Source of the DNA: Raillietiella orientalis
Lineage: Eukaryota
Direction: 5' to 3'
Assembly (NCBI GenBank): GCA_036172245.1
Contig: JAYWIR010000005.1
Span: forward strand, 3,100,001-3,164,000
Length of the DNA: 64,000 nt
The notes beneath the pieces were generated by a model. It searched no databases. It saw only the letters and a list, made by a program, of their open reading frames with translations, and was not told the DNA's origin. The position numbers and the translations under genes are program-made. Positions 1-11,239 of the stretch are shown in pieces (the first letter of the stretch is position 1; each line of letters starts with the position of its first letter).

Positions 1-814
1 CAATACAGTTCTCAGAGTTCATCACGCTGATGTCGTTGTCTACTTCCGAACTTATCGATATAAGCAGCACAGCATAAGAATCTTTTGTTGGGCAGTACTT
101 ATGTAATGATGAAATGGAGGAAAATGAAACTCCCAGTTGTATCTGTTTTGTAACGGGGAACATCCCTTCAAGAAAACTGTGGATTCTTTGAATACTGAAT
201 TGAATATTTTATTAAATACGCTACTCCTTTGAATGGAGCATCCTGCGTTCACGAATTGTACAGAACCACGAGTTGATAATCACCGCTTATTCATAATTTT
301 TTTTTAAATAGAATAAACCACTTAGTTTGTCTACATCCCTGATGTCATTCTGTTCAGTATGCTTAGCAGAGAATCAAAGAGGATGAGATGGTATCTCCTG
401 CACCTGCACGATGCCGCTTGCCACCTTACAGCATCCTGGATTCCAGCTATTCGATGATACTAGCGTTTTTCGGAACTTTTCCCCTCACCTCCTTCCGTCC
501 GAAGAGATTTCCTCAAGTGCACATTTCACTTTACGCTTACGCCTAGGAAGCACTGCTAGCATTCATTCTCTACATATGAAACCATCATTTGTTCTTCCCT
601 CCTCTGATGGCGGGTCAAACCATTACACGTACGAAATCATCATGTCTGATTTGCTTTTTTGCTTTTCTTGGAAATGAATATCCAGTCCGAAATGTGTTGA
701 GGCCGCTTTACAGAACGCAGCAGTTGATGAAAGAACATGGAGGAAGCTATAACTAACGTGCGAGTTCCATGATGTTTTGTTCCCAGGTGCTCCCTAATGT
801 GCTGGAATAGGAAA

Positions 815-853
815 CCAGTCCAAATCTCCTTGTGGAAGGGAGATTTGGACTGG
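815..853. repeat. Perfect inverted repeat (15-bp arms, 9-nt loop)
   Basis: CCAGTCCAAATCTCC (815-829) and GGAGATTTGGACTGG (839-853) are exact reverse complements. Confidence 0.95.
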
Positions 854-1003
854 CTCCCGTTCCTCTGGTTCCCCTGGTATGCAGCACAAGAGCTGCTGCT
901 TCCCTAAGAATGCAATTCAGGAAAGGTTTCAGTGCCCATTCATCTTGAAATTCGCGAGACCATGATGCGGTTCCGGTATTGCGGTCTACTAGACTGATTC
1001 TGG

Positions 1004-1500
1004 CTAAGTCTCGGAAATAGAAAATAGAGAACGGAACTCAGTGTCCAGCTGAATCTTGGTATTACCTGCTTTTATCAAATCCGCGGCCGTTTTTCTCATA
1101 TGCCGGAATGACGATTCATATGATCTCAAAACTTTCTTCAGCGTGTAGTACTCAGGGGGCGCTTTCGAATGGACCTGTAGCTCTCGTGACATCCTCTCCA
1201 TGTGGCACGTGCATCTTTCGACATTCCTCACAAATGTTTCAAAATCCTGAAAGTGGAAAGATCGCTGGTTAGTGCTGAGAAGAAGCAAAGCTGCTGCAAG
1301 ATTAGCAGCAATTGTGAAGAGGAATTTCAGCACAATTTCTAAGGAAAGTTTCAAAGACGCACGAAAGGCAAAGGATCATGGGTTCTCGTGAAATACTCAG
1401 GGCGTTTGGAGATTTCAGAAAACCACCCGTTGGCAGGAGAATGGTCCATTGTTTTTGACCATCATCTAAAGGGTGCCAAGAAACGAAGTGCGTCCGCACG
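1004..1500 (-). mobile_element. Possible decayed DIRS tyrosine recombinase fragment
   Basis: ORF 1004..1354 reads LSLEIVLKFL...AALLLLSTNQR...KVLRSYESSFRHMR. This resembles YR 'WDVxxVLxYL...LLALxTxQR...LxxYxxxTxxLR'. By-eye match only. Confidence 0.35.
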
Positions 1501-2759
1501 AATTCACTGTGGAAGCACCGGCAGTGCGAACTCTTTGTTTCGGGCAGTGCTTCCTGGGTAAGCAAAAGGCCTCTCTGATTCACGCGGTGTCCCCTCCCTT
1601 CTCGAGTGGCAACCGGCATCCACGAGGGCTCATTTGAGAAACTCTCGAGCAATTCTGCTCTCTTTCTCCTCGGCTTCCACGTACCGCTTTTTGTCCTCTG
1701 CTCGGACTTCTTTGGCTTTCAGATAGAAGTTGAAGAGGCCTTGGTCGCCGGACAAGCGCAGGCAGAGCACAGAAATACAGATTCCGTTCTCGAATTCGAT
1801 TGGGCGCAAGACTTCTTGCAGATGTATTTTTCCGTGTTTGTTACCGTGTAATGGAAAACAGAACGCGTTCTCTGCACTCGAATTTGCAATTTGCATCCCT
1901 CAAGATCGTAAGAAGCTCAGGATGTCGTTATCCCAGCAAGTGAGCCGTCCTGGCCAGTTTTTTCCATGGAACGTGGGACTTTCCCGCGAATCATCCTGCC
2001 GTCCCCGCTTCCCCAACACTTTTCGTTTTACTTCCTGATGCTTGCAGATCGATCCCCTTCTCCCTGACTTTAAGTAGGGAGGGGACGACTGAACGACATC
2101 GTCTACAGCTCACGTTTCATGTAGAAATGTTGGCTCCCAGAACTTTGATCTGTTAATTTCCATCGTATACACATCCGGAATACACTCTGGTTTCACCGAG
2201 AAGTTCCAGGGAATGGTTGACCTCTGCGGCGAGTGGCTCTTTCAGACTCTTCCTCTTAAGTGATGAGCGCAGCATCCTTCCAGCTTGAAATTTTTCCCGT
2301 TCCCTTTATTCTCCCGGTCCTTCCTCAATGAAACTCAGCCAAAGCGGGATCTGTTCTCTTGGATGAGGGAATCTCGGAATCCTTTTTCACTCCCTTGATG
2401 ATTGCCTTTCTATTGACCTCAGTCTGCTTTTGTTCTCTAGCTGCTTAAAGATGATGGATCCGGCTCTTGGACTCCATGACCAATGAGCTCCATGGGAACG
2501 ATGCCGATATGCTCCACAATCATCTCTGCTGCCTTCCCTCCCCTCCGTCCAGTGGGAAGAGAATGGAGAAATGGAATCCCAACGTGGAGACGTTGTTCAT
2601 TGCTGGAAGGAAAAGGCCAACAGCTCCCATTCTTTGAACAAAATTTCATCCTCTCCTCTTCTTGAAGCCTTTTAGTTTGAGTTCACTGAGATTTATCTTT
2701 CCTTTCAAATCGCATCTTGGCGCGTCAACCTGAGTGCATCTTCAAAACTCTTGGGAAAC

Positions 2760-3920
2760 CTGCTGATCCTTTCCTGTCCTTCTCATGACTCGAAACTTGC
2801 TCGCATGAGGCTTCGTTACTTAGTCAAGACAATTTCCAGCTTCCCTCCCCTTCCAGAAATCCATAGCCTGCGGGGAGCTCTCCGCGAAATCATCTCGATC
2901 CGTTTTTTTATCTGGCCCACGCAGCTAAAGAGATCGGGGAACGCAAGAGAAGATGCTCAGGTTCGTACTCAGGAACGTCTATTGGAGAATTTCTACGGGA
3001 GTAGCCACGGAGACTGAAAGAGCGACGGTGGGCTTGAGGTGGATTGTAAGTTGTTCGTTGTACTCTCAAAGTCCTTGTTAGTGGGAGGAAAGTGCTACAT
3101 GGGCAGTAGCGCAAGACCTTCCACTCGAAGATAGTGATGTTTCTTGGGCAAGGAACTTAGGGAACATTCCCTGAGGAGCACTGAACTTGGAGGGCTCCAC
3201 GCAAGCAGCTAGCTGCTAAGGTTGAGATCCTTGAGAATCTCTTGTGCTTGTGAAACAAGATGCAGGACTTCACGAAACAACCTGGAATGTTGAGAGATTG
3301 CCGTAAGTCTTTGAGGCAACTGCCGGCGGTCTTCCCGAGCCTGTTTGTAGCGCAAAACCTGGAGACTCTTTCAGCGCTCCATGGTGCCGCTCGCGGACTC
3401 ATCAAAGCAAATGTGGTAGGGCCATGCGAACAAACTGGAAGAGCTGAAAGAGACCTTGCAGATAACCCCTTCTTCGTTGCAGACGGCCCTATCGCTCAAG
3501 GTGAAGATGGAGACTGTGGAATCGATCTTGAAGGGCTAATGCCCTGTCGGACGAAATCCATTAAATATCCGGACAGACGTAGGAACACCCTAGAAACGAG
3601 CTAGAACGAAGCCTTCTTCTTTCATGTCCCTCGCGTCTGCTTCAACAGGAAGGAGTCCTAGCTCAAGGCGTTTCCAGTTTGCTGAGCAAATTTCTGAAGA
3701 GCTCCCAGGAGAAAAGATTTTCGAAAACCGAGGATCACTAAGTTATCACGATTTCCCATCACTTCCGTTTGCATCAATTGATAGGTCTCAATCCGGAAGC
3801 ACTCGGAAGTCGAATCTGTCGACTCAAACTAGGCTGAACAATTCCAGCACCAAAGATCCATTGAGACTTGAGTGTGGCTTCACGGTTTCCCTAGGGCAGC
3901 TTTCTATAAACTGAATTTCC
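2760..3920 (+). mobile_element. Decayed DIRS-like retrotransposon, MT + tyrosine recombinase domains
   Basis: Ordered motifs across frames: SSFPPLPEI...WPTQ (MT 'YAFPPxPLI...WPxQ', ~2835-2925); SARPSTRR (YR N-terminus, ~3110); SCPSRLL (~3625, 'LCPVRxL'); GSTRK (~3795, 'HSTR'); AAFYKLN (~3895, 'FxRFYxL'). Stops and frameshifts throughout. Confidence 0.55.
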
Positions 3921-5430
3921 CTATTTACAAAGGGACTCATCTGCTTGCATAATTTCCAGGAAAATTTTCAGAGATTTCACGTGCCCCTTAGGCATTCGTA
4001 GACTGTTTGCGCTTCAAAGAAAGATTTTCCCCTACCAGGCACTTCCTTGTTCGGATGCTGAGTGATCTTTACTCTTGGATTCTTATCTCACCACCGAAAT
4101 ATCGAGTACAAATTCTCAGTGGAGATGAGAAACAACCGGGTCTTCTTCAGAGTGATCATTCTAAAGCTAACAGCATTGGTTCCAACAAAACTGCATCTAC
4201 ACCATGTGTGATCACTTATAACACTGTTGACTACGTAATCAAGTTAAAATATCACGTTCTTAGCTGCGAAAGGAAGCACTGTTTCAGTGTCTCCAGTTTC
4301 CGACTCCCTCTCTTGAGGGGTCGTTGAGCAATTTGTGTTGGATACTTTTCAGAGGTTCACAGCAACGAAATCCCGAAATAAACACTGGACAGAGGTTTTA
4401 CGCCCAAAAATATTTCCTAGACGTTATCCCTAAAGCGCTTGCTCGTTTGGTGTCCACGAATTTATGGATGCAGGAATTCGCAAGAGAAAGCTAGGTGGAA
4501 CCTCGGGTCTGCGGTTACGAGCCATTTCTTCAAGAAACCTCTTCATAGAAGAGCTGAGGTAGCTTCCTTGATAAGATGAAAAAGAATGCTTTGAAAATGA
4601 CTTAGAAAGAGGAAACACTTGATGAAGCACTTGATCATCTTGGCTCGGGTTTTTTTTTTTTTTTTTAGATTGCAGAAGACTGATGAGAAGCACTAGAAAG
4701 GTGGCGCTTTTCTGTCTTTTCAAGAACCATTTAGAATTGAGGAAGATAAAAGTTAGTGTTGTAGGCAGCAAGATTCAGGGTATTCAGGGACGAATTCGAA
4801 AGATAAGAAATCTTCAGTGAAAGAAAGGTTAGTGCTGGATGTATTTTTGAAAATTCATGTTCTTTCCCGGACACGCGAATCCTCTTTGATTGCAGTTTTT
4901 GAGACAAACCCAGAAGAATAAACAGAGTCCCTAGAAACCAAACCGAAACGCGCAATAAAATGAGCTTATGTATTGCATCCAGGGGTGAAACAGATTCCAA
5001 AGATAAATATAGTTTCAGTATTTATCCAGAGAGCAATTATAAACAGCAATGGGGATAAACATGGAGTGGAAACATTCATTCCTGGACAGTGGAGTAGAAA
5101 TATTCGCAATGCTTTTCAGTGAGAGAGAACAGCTTCATTATTTGGGGACGGATTGAGAGAATTAGCTCTGAACCCTCTATTGACTTTCACCAATAATTTT
5201 TCGATTTGCTTTCCAGCTCCTGAAACTTGGGACGGCGTTTATGGGCTTTAGAGGAACGAAAGGAGGCATGGGAACGAGTACGTGAAAATGGGGGCCATTT
5301 CTTTGAGGCTGTGACTTGAACTTCCCGCAAGAATTCTGTCAGCACGGAAAAGTAAGCGAAAGAATAAGGAAAACAACGAAATGAAGGCAAAGATCGGGGT
5401 GCTCATGCCGTAGGAACAAGGGCGCCAACG

Positions 5431-5460
5431 TTCTCAGTAGTTCTCAGTAGCGGTTCTCAG
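5431..5460. repeat. Short tandem repeat
   Basis: TTCTCAGTAG TTCTCAGTAG CGG TTCTCAG. Confidence 0.9.
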
Positions 5461-6049
5461 GAGCAGTTCAAACGAAACAAGAGGCTACGTCAGAAGAGTG
5501 CATAAATCTTCAAAGGTGGCATGCCATATCAGTGAATTAGAAATGGAGATAGAAAAAAAAGAAAAGCTCATACACTTGAGTGCCCATACGATGTGAGCTA
5601 TGTTAAAACATTTTCCGAATTCCAAGGGACAAATAATTGTGGGGATCAGAACAAATGGCTGGAGGATCTGGAAACACAATGGAATGCTTCGTGACTAATT
5701 GCATCATCAATTTAAAAAATGGTTTGTTGATTGATGAGGTGAGTTATAAACTTAGCATCAGTTTGAGAAAGAAACATTGTAGCAACGAATCGGTTCCTGC
5801 CATCCTATTCGAGAATTCATCTGAGGGATTCCAATGGTGCTGCTGGTAACGCTGGAAACGGGCTCTCTGTTTTTCTTGAATGTTACCAACCTGGAACCTT
5901 TATCTACGTCTTGGAATTTAACACAATGATCATTTGGTTTCGTTTCAGGAGTGGGGTGATAGGTTCGATTGGTTTGATCGCAGAAATCACGCGAAGAGCT
6001 GCACTGCGGCAGCTGGCCGACACTCCTCCTATTTTTTAAGAAGACCTAC

Positions 6050-6570
6050 ATCTCCAGCAGATGCACAAACATAAAGTGGAGACTTAGCGTGTGCGCGTTC
6101 TTTTCGAAATCGAGTCACAAACCGCAGTGACTCCAGCGCTCTCGTGACACTCATTTTCAAGGAGGGAGCAAATACCTTCGAAATTCGCCTTTAAGACCGG
6201 ATCTGGTTTGCGGAAAACAAGGGGAATGGATGATAGTGGACATCACCTGTCCGTTCGAAACGGACAGGTGATGTCCACACCTGTCCACAGATGCGTTCAC
6301 AAGGGCGCGCGAAGACAAGGAGGATAAATACCAGGACCTTCTCCACAAGATCAACCAGACAGGAGGCAAAACGGCTACATCACATGCGTTCCTGCATGTA
6401 ACGTAGCCACACTCCGCAGTCTCCCGGTCTCGTCCTTCTAAAGAGTCAATTAGAAAAAGACAGCGTTCCCTGCGTCGAGGTACAGAATGGCTATGGAAGG
6501 GGTGCCTGACAGCAAGGGCATCGTTCTTGCAAAAGTGTGGCTCAGCTTGCATGGGCATGCGAGAAAACAA
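6050..6570 (+). mobile_element. 3' fragment of an R2/NeSL-like non-LTR retrotransposon (restriction-like endonuclease domain), pseudogenised
   Basis: From ~6190: LRPDLVCGKQGEWMIVDITCPFE...DAFTRAREDKEDKYQDLL. This matches the RLE signature RPDLV...IIDVTxPFE...AFxxARxxKxxKYxxL. A degraded CCHC-like stretch lies upstream. An in-frame TGA is introduced by the hairpin at 6236-6278. Confidence 0.75.
6236..6278. repeat. Perfect inverted repeat (20-bp arms, 3-nt loop)
   Basis: GTGGACATCACCTGTCCGTT (6236-6255) CGA AACGGACAGGTGATGTCCAC (6259-6278). Confidence 0.97.
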
Positions 6571-7761
6571 GGTGAGGTGGTAAGCATGCCAACAGCAATG
6601 AAAAGTGAGCTCTACATGCATAAATCATTTACGGATCAAAAAGGTTTTGATGCTGCCTGTACCATTTGCTGATTTTTTTTTTCTCTCTCCCTCTCTCAGT
6701 GGCAGCGACTCCGTCAGGTTTTGGCTGTTTCTTTCCTTCACACCCTCTCTTCCGGCGTTCGAGAGCATGGGTCGTGTGATTTCTGAAATCAGTTGCCAGA
6801 TTGAGATTAGGAATTCCTGATTTTGTGTTTTTTTAGCGGTCGCTCTCTGCATTGCATGACGGGCAGAAAAAGCAGGGCACGGTGAAAGGGTTTTTTCTTT
6901 GTCCTTTTTTTTTTTAGAAAAAAAAAATGAATCTTGTAAAAGAAGTAGGGGGCCGTCTTTCTCTCCAACGCTCTCGGGCGGTTTCGTCTAATGAATGCGT
7001 TCCTTGCTATACCTGATTATTTATTCCCTGAATGTGTTCACGGAGACTTTCAAGACAGGCGCCAGCAGACTCGCAGCGGAGATTCTCCCGGATTCGGTGA
7101 CCGACAACAGCTGGTCTTTCTTCGGCGCTATTCCCCCACGTCTTTGAAAGACTCGCGTGTCCAGCGAAGTGAGATCCCCGGACTCTCCCCTTTGGCTTTC
7201 AGGTCTATCCGGAAGGAACTTCCCATGGCCTCTGCGGCTTGTTTATTGCCTCTGGAGAAGACCAGCAAAGCCGAGCCACGACAGCATTGGCAGGGAAATC
7301 CATCCGATGCGGTGTAATCCCGGGTTCCGGGCTAGAGAAGATTAGCAGAATGCTCCTCCACTTTGCCCTTCCCCACGTGTGTTTTTTTCACGACAGTTTC
7401 GGTACGCGAGCGCATACGCGGACGCCGCGTGCGTATGCTTTCTCACGCGGGAACGGAGGAGACGGCGTATTCCAACCAGCCGCGATTAGGAGGAGGTGCG
7501 GGCAGTGAGAGTTCCCAGTTGTCTCCGAGATGGCTTCCAGCTCCCGGAAATCAGGAGCGACCAGGGAGGAACCCGACTGGGAAGATCGGCTTTTTCTGGT
7601 GCTTTCCTCTGCGAGGAACCGGACCGATCCGCTGGCTACACCCGGAACACACACAGTTATTCATATTTTTTAACGTACATGGTATTAGCAGTTATATTAT
7701 CGGGATGCGTGTATTTATTAAGATTTAGTGACATACATATGCATCCTTATTTTATGAACAG

Positions 7762-7768
<7 letters not shown>

Positions 7769-7844
<76 letters not shown>
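7769..7844. repeat. Compound microsatellite (TA)~24(TG)~14 within an AT-rich low-complexity patch (~7660-8090)
   Basis: Directly visible dinucleotide runs. Confidence 0.97.
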
Positions 7845-7845
<1 letters not shown>

Positions 7846-8579
7846 TTACACATTTATATTTATATGCATACACTTATGTACCCATTTATGTTATCTATAA
7901 ATATTGATGCATATAATAAGCATATTTATTTGTTTTTATAATCTTTCATATATATACATCAGCAATATAATCAACAACTCATTAATTATATAAAAAAATG
8001 TATTCCCCCAAATCTTAACAAACATTCCAATAATATTATTGCTGATAAATATCAATAACTATGTATGTTAAGATAAATTTGTACACTAATCCGTGTGGAA
8101 TCCGTGTCTTCATTACCTCTTGCACTCGTTCGGGATTTCGATGGTTCCAGATGTGGCACCAGAACCGAATACTCCTTCCCCCTGGGCGCAGACCGTGGGC
8201 TGACGAAAGGTGCTGCTGCGAGAGCAGGGTGGTCAGGACGCGGGCTTCGAAAGGACCGTGGCGACTGCGAACCGAGACGGCGCCAGTCCCCGCGTCGCAC
8301 GGGACGGAGGGAAAGTTCCCAGGAGCAGGGGGCAGGCAAGGATCTGCCAGCAGGGAAGTAGTCCAAGTTCTGGGACCTCGGAAAGCCGGCGGCGGACTCG
8401 GTCAAGCTCGGAGAGGAGGAGGTGGAGATGAGCGCGCGGGTCACGACGTCCAGGAGCGTCCCCTCCGGCTGCCACGGGTCAAGGAAGGGAAGAGAGGTGT
8501 AGACCTCCCCTGCATTCCACTCCCTACCTCTTTCCCTTTGCTTCATCGGAGATGAGGATCTGGGATCTCCTGCCCCATT

Positions 8580-10830
8580 GGAAGCGAGAACCCCATCGAA
8601 GGGGTTCTTGCTTCTCCTCCCTATGCAAGGGATTTGGTCCGCCGTTCCCAAGAGCAAAGACGGCAAGCTTCCGAAAATTCGTCGAGAGGAGTTCGAAAAA
8701 AATGGGTGCGTCTTTTCCAAAGCGTCCCCCCCCTTCCCCCCCCCCCCTTATTCCGTTTCGCAGTGGCAGCTGCTTCCGATTATCCGAAAATCCAGGAATG
8801 GGAAGCTGCGTGCCTTCCGCTGGATTTTTTTTTTCACGTGAAAGTTTCTTGCGCGAGCCCTTCGGCAAGAATTCTTTCAGCGCCATCGTAGTGCTCCTCC
8901 TACCCGGCCCGGGTTGGAGCTGCCACGAAGACGGCCGAGATCGAGCGCTGTTGACGTTTCCGGAAGGACGGAGGACGAGGCCACCTTTCGATTGTTCCGG
9001 TGCGACCTTTCCGGAGTCGCAGCTGTCCGTTTCCCTTCCCGAGAGAGGGGTGTCCGTCCGTCCTGAGCGCGAGGTCACCTCGAGAGCGTGGACTGGAAGT
9101 CCACCACGAAGAAAGATCTGGTCCTGGAACCTTCCTTCGGGGTTCCTTCTTTGACTCTACAAGTCCTACCCTTCCTTTTCTCTCTCCCCTTCTCACCAGA
9201 CCCATCGTCCCTGGGACTTCCCTCCATCTGCTTATTGCAGTGGAGTTTCCTTTCTCTTCCTTCTCGATGCACCTGGTAGCTCTCTTCACAAAATCCAAGA
9301 GGCAGCTCTTTCTCTTTTGCCCAAGGTGGCTGTCTTTCCTATTCTTCCCTTCCCCTCCCTTCCTTTTTTGTTTCCGCCCCCCTCCCCCTCGTCGGCATCG
9401 GTGCTCTTTGCTGCATCCCTCCCACACCCTACGCATGCGCATGCACTTTCCGATCCTCCCTTGAGAGCAGCCAAGGATAAAGAAAATCCCAGATGTTGAG
9501 AGGGGGGCACATCCCTTCTTCGGTTTCGCCCTCTGATCTCGCCGGCTGCCGGAAACCTGGGCACGGGAAGATTCCAAGTCCAGATGAGATCTCGTGTAGA
9601 GAAGTCTACAGTCCACCTCGTGGCTCTGTTTGCCAACCGGAAATTTGCAAGACTCCCGGCACTCCTTCCCGATGACTCTTCTTTCCCCTCTCTGCACGGA
9701 ACAAACCGCAAGAATCGCTTGCTGCGACGGAGGGAACACTCCCCGGTTACCACGGTAACCTGCCACGAACCCCTTTCTTCCTTTGTTGGTTCTCTTCTTC
9801 CTTCTCCCGGTGGTCCGAAATGGTTTGCTTGGAGAGAGTAGGGTATCTTCAGTTATCTTCTCTTCCTCCTTTCATCCCAGCCATGCTGCGTCAGTACCAT
9901 CGCAGAGTGCACATATCCGAGCTTCGCATACGTTGTCCGATGAGGATGCTACCAGGACCTGCCTCTCCTCTTCGAGCACAGAGCGGGAAAGCACACGCAA
10001 AAAAAAACAGAAAACCCTCCACAGAGTGCTGCGAGGGGCGCAGGTCTGGGAGATCTTTTTCCTGATTGGTCCAAACCGGATGCCCAGACGTCCAGACAGA
10101 CCACTGCAAAGCAAACACGAAATCCATTTAGGACCCCCCCGTTTTTTGTTTTTTTTTGGCGCGCGTGTGCTCTGGCGTCTGTGTGCGCCATTTGTGCGCT
10201 TTTATTCTGACACACCAAGCGGCCACGGTCGTCCACGGACACCCGGAAGAGCGGCGGCGGCGACGAGGAAGGCTCTACGTCCGAGCATCCCTCGGGGATC
10301 GCGCGGCGATTTGCCTACGAGACGAGCGGCCGGAAGTCTCGGCAAGGGAATGGCGGTAGAGTAGCGACACCTTCGGAGAGGACGCACACTTGAAACGAGC
10401 AAGCATCGAGAACCGGGGACGCCGCTTGCTCCATAAACCACCCTCACTTCGTGAACCCCCCCTTACTGCTCCAGCCACGGCGCATCTGTGCCGACCATCC
10501 CTGGGAACTAAGCAGCCCCTCCTTTTTCGTCCTCCCTTTTCTGAAGTGGACGCGAATCCTGGTCCTTGCTCCTGGAATCTCGCTCCGAATTGCGGCACAT
10601 TTCCCGTGGCGCTGGACTAACTCCGGGAATAGGAGAGGAGATCCACACTCCAGAAAGAGCTCGAAAGCCTCCAGCCAGGTGGAAGCGGAATTCAGATCCA
10701 CTCCGGAATTCCCATTTCTCGGCGGACAGTGGTTCTGCCGCATGTACGATAAGCAAATGCTCGTTCTTCGCTGTTGCGCTACAAGAAGAACCGTTCGATG
10801 CAATGTGTACAGTCTGCGCGTACCTAAGAC
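8580..10830 (+). mobile_element. Decayed DIRS-like retrotransposon (RT, MT, YR; RNase H apparently deleted)
   Basis: RT-like: AVPKSKDGKLPKI, LLLPGPGWSCHEDGRDRA ('PGDWxxxIDLKDA'), SLGLPSICLLQW (YLDD-region relic). MT-like: STVHLVALFANRKFAR...PDD and PKWF. YR-like: RESTRK, LRPSIPR. By-eye. Confidence 0.45.
9563..9735 (+). repeat. Diverged repeat, copy 1 (inverted copy at 10945-11125)
   Basis: Shares blocks such as CTCGTGTAG, GTGGCTCTGT, GCAAGA, TTCCCGATGACTCTT and GGAACAAACC with the reverse complement of 10945-11125. The translations HLVALFANRKFARLPALLPDD and HLVALSVHREFARVPALFPDD align without gaps. Confidence 0.9.
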
Positions 10831-10944
10831 AAACTCATGTCGCAGCTATACGCACATATTCGTACGCACATATATCCAGTTATTAGTGCACCTGTACAGA
10901 CCTGCTTGTCGCGTGGTGCACCATGTTTTCCCCGCGGCCGAGCT

Positions 10945-11125
10945 CCGCTTCCTCCGCATCAAGGAGGAGTTCTTGTGGTTTGTTCCACGCGGAAACGGAA
11001 AAAAAAGAGTCATCGGGAAAAAGTGCAGGGACTCTTGCGAATTCCCTGTGGACAGACAGAGCCACCAGGTGAGAGGTTGACTGCCCTACACGAGTTCTCG
11101 TCTGCGTGGACTCGGAATCTACCGT
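10945..11125 (-). repeat. Diverged repeat, copy 2 (likely DIRS MT-domain fragment)
   Basis: Reverse-complement homolog of 9563-9735 (ORF 10883..11140). Confidence 0.9.
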
Positions 11126-11239
11126 ACGCCACTGCGCCACTTCATTGGGTGAACCGACAGACCAAATTGCTGCTCCTGCGGGAACCTGCGAGCCGTGTGC
11201 GCTCCTGCAAGCGCTCAGCGTTGGATATGCAGGTGCTGA

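Noticed and set aside
411..677. Ubiquitin C-terminus-like SAHFTLRLRLG
   Set aside because: A single short motif with no upstream ubiquitin fold. It serves as an example of chance matching.
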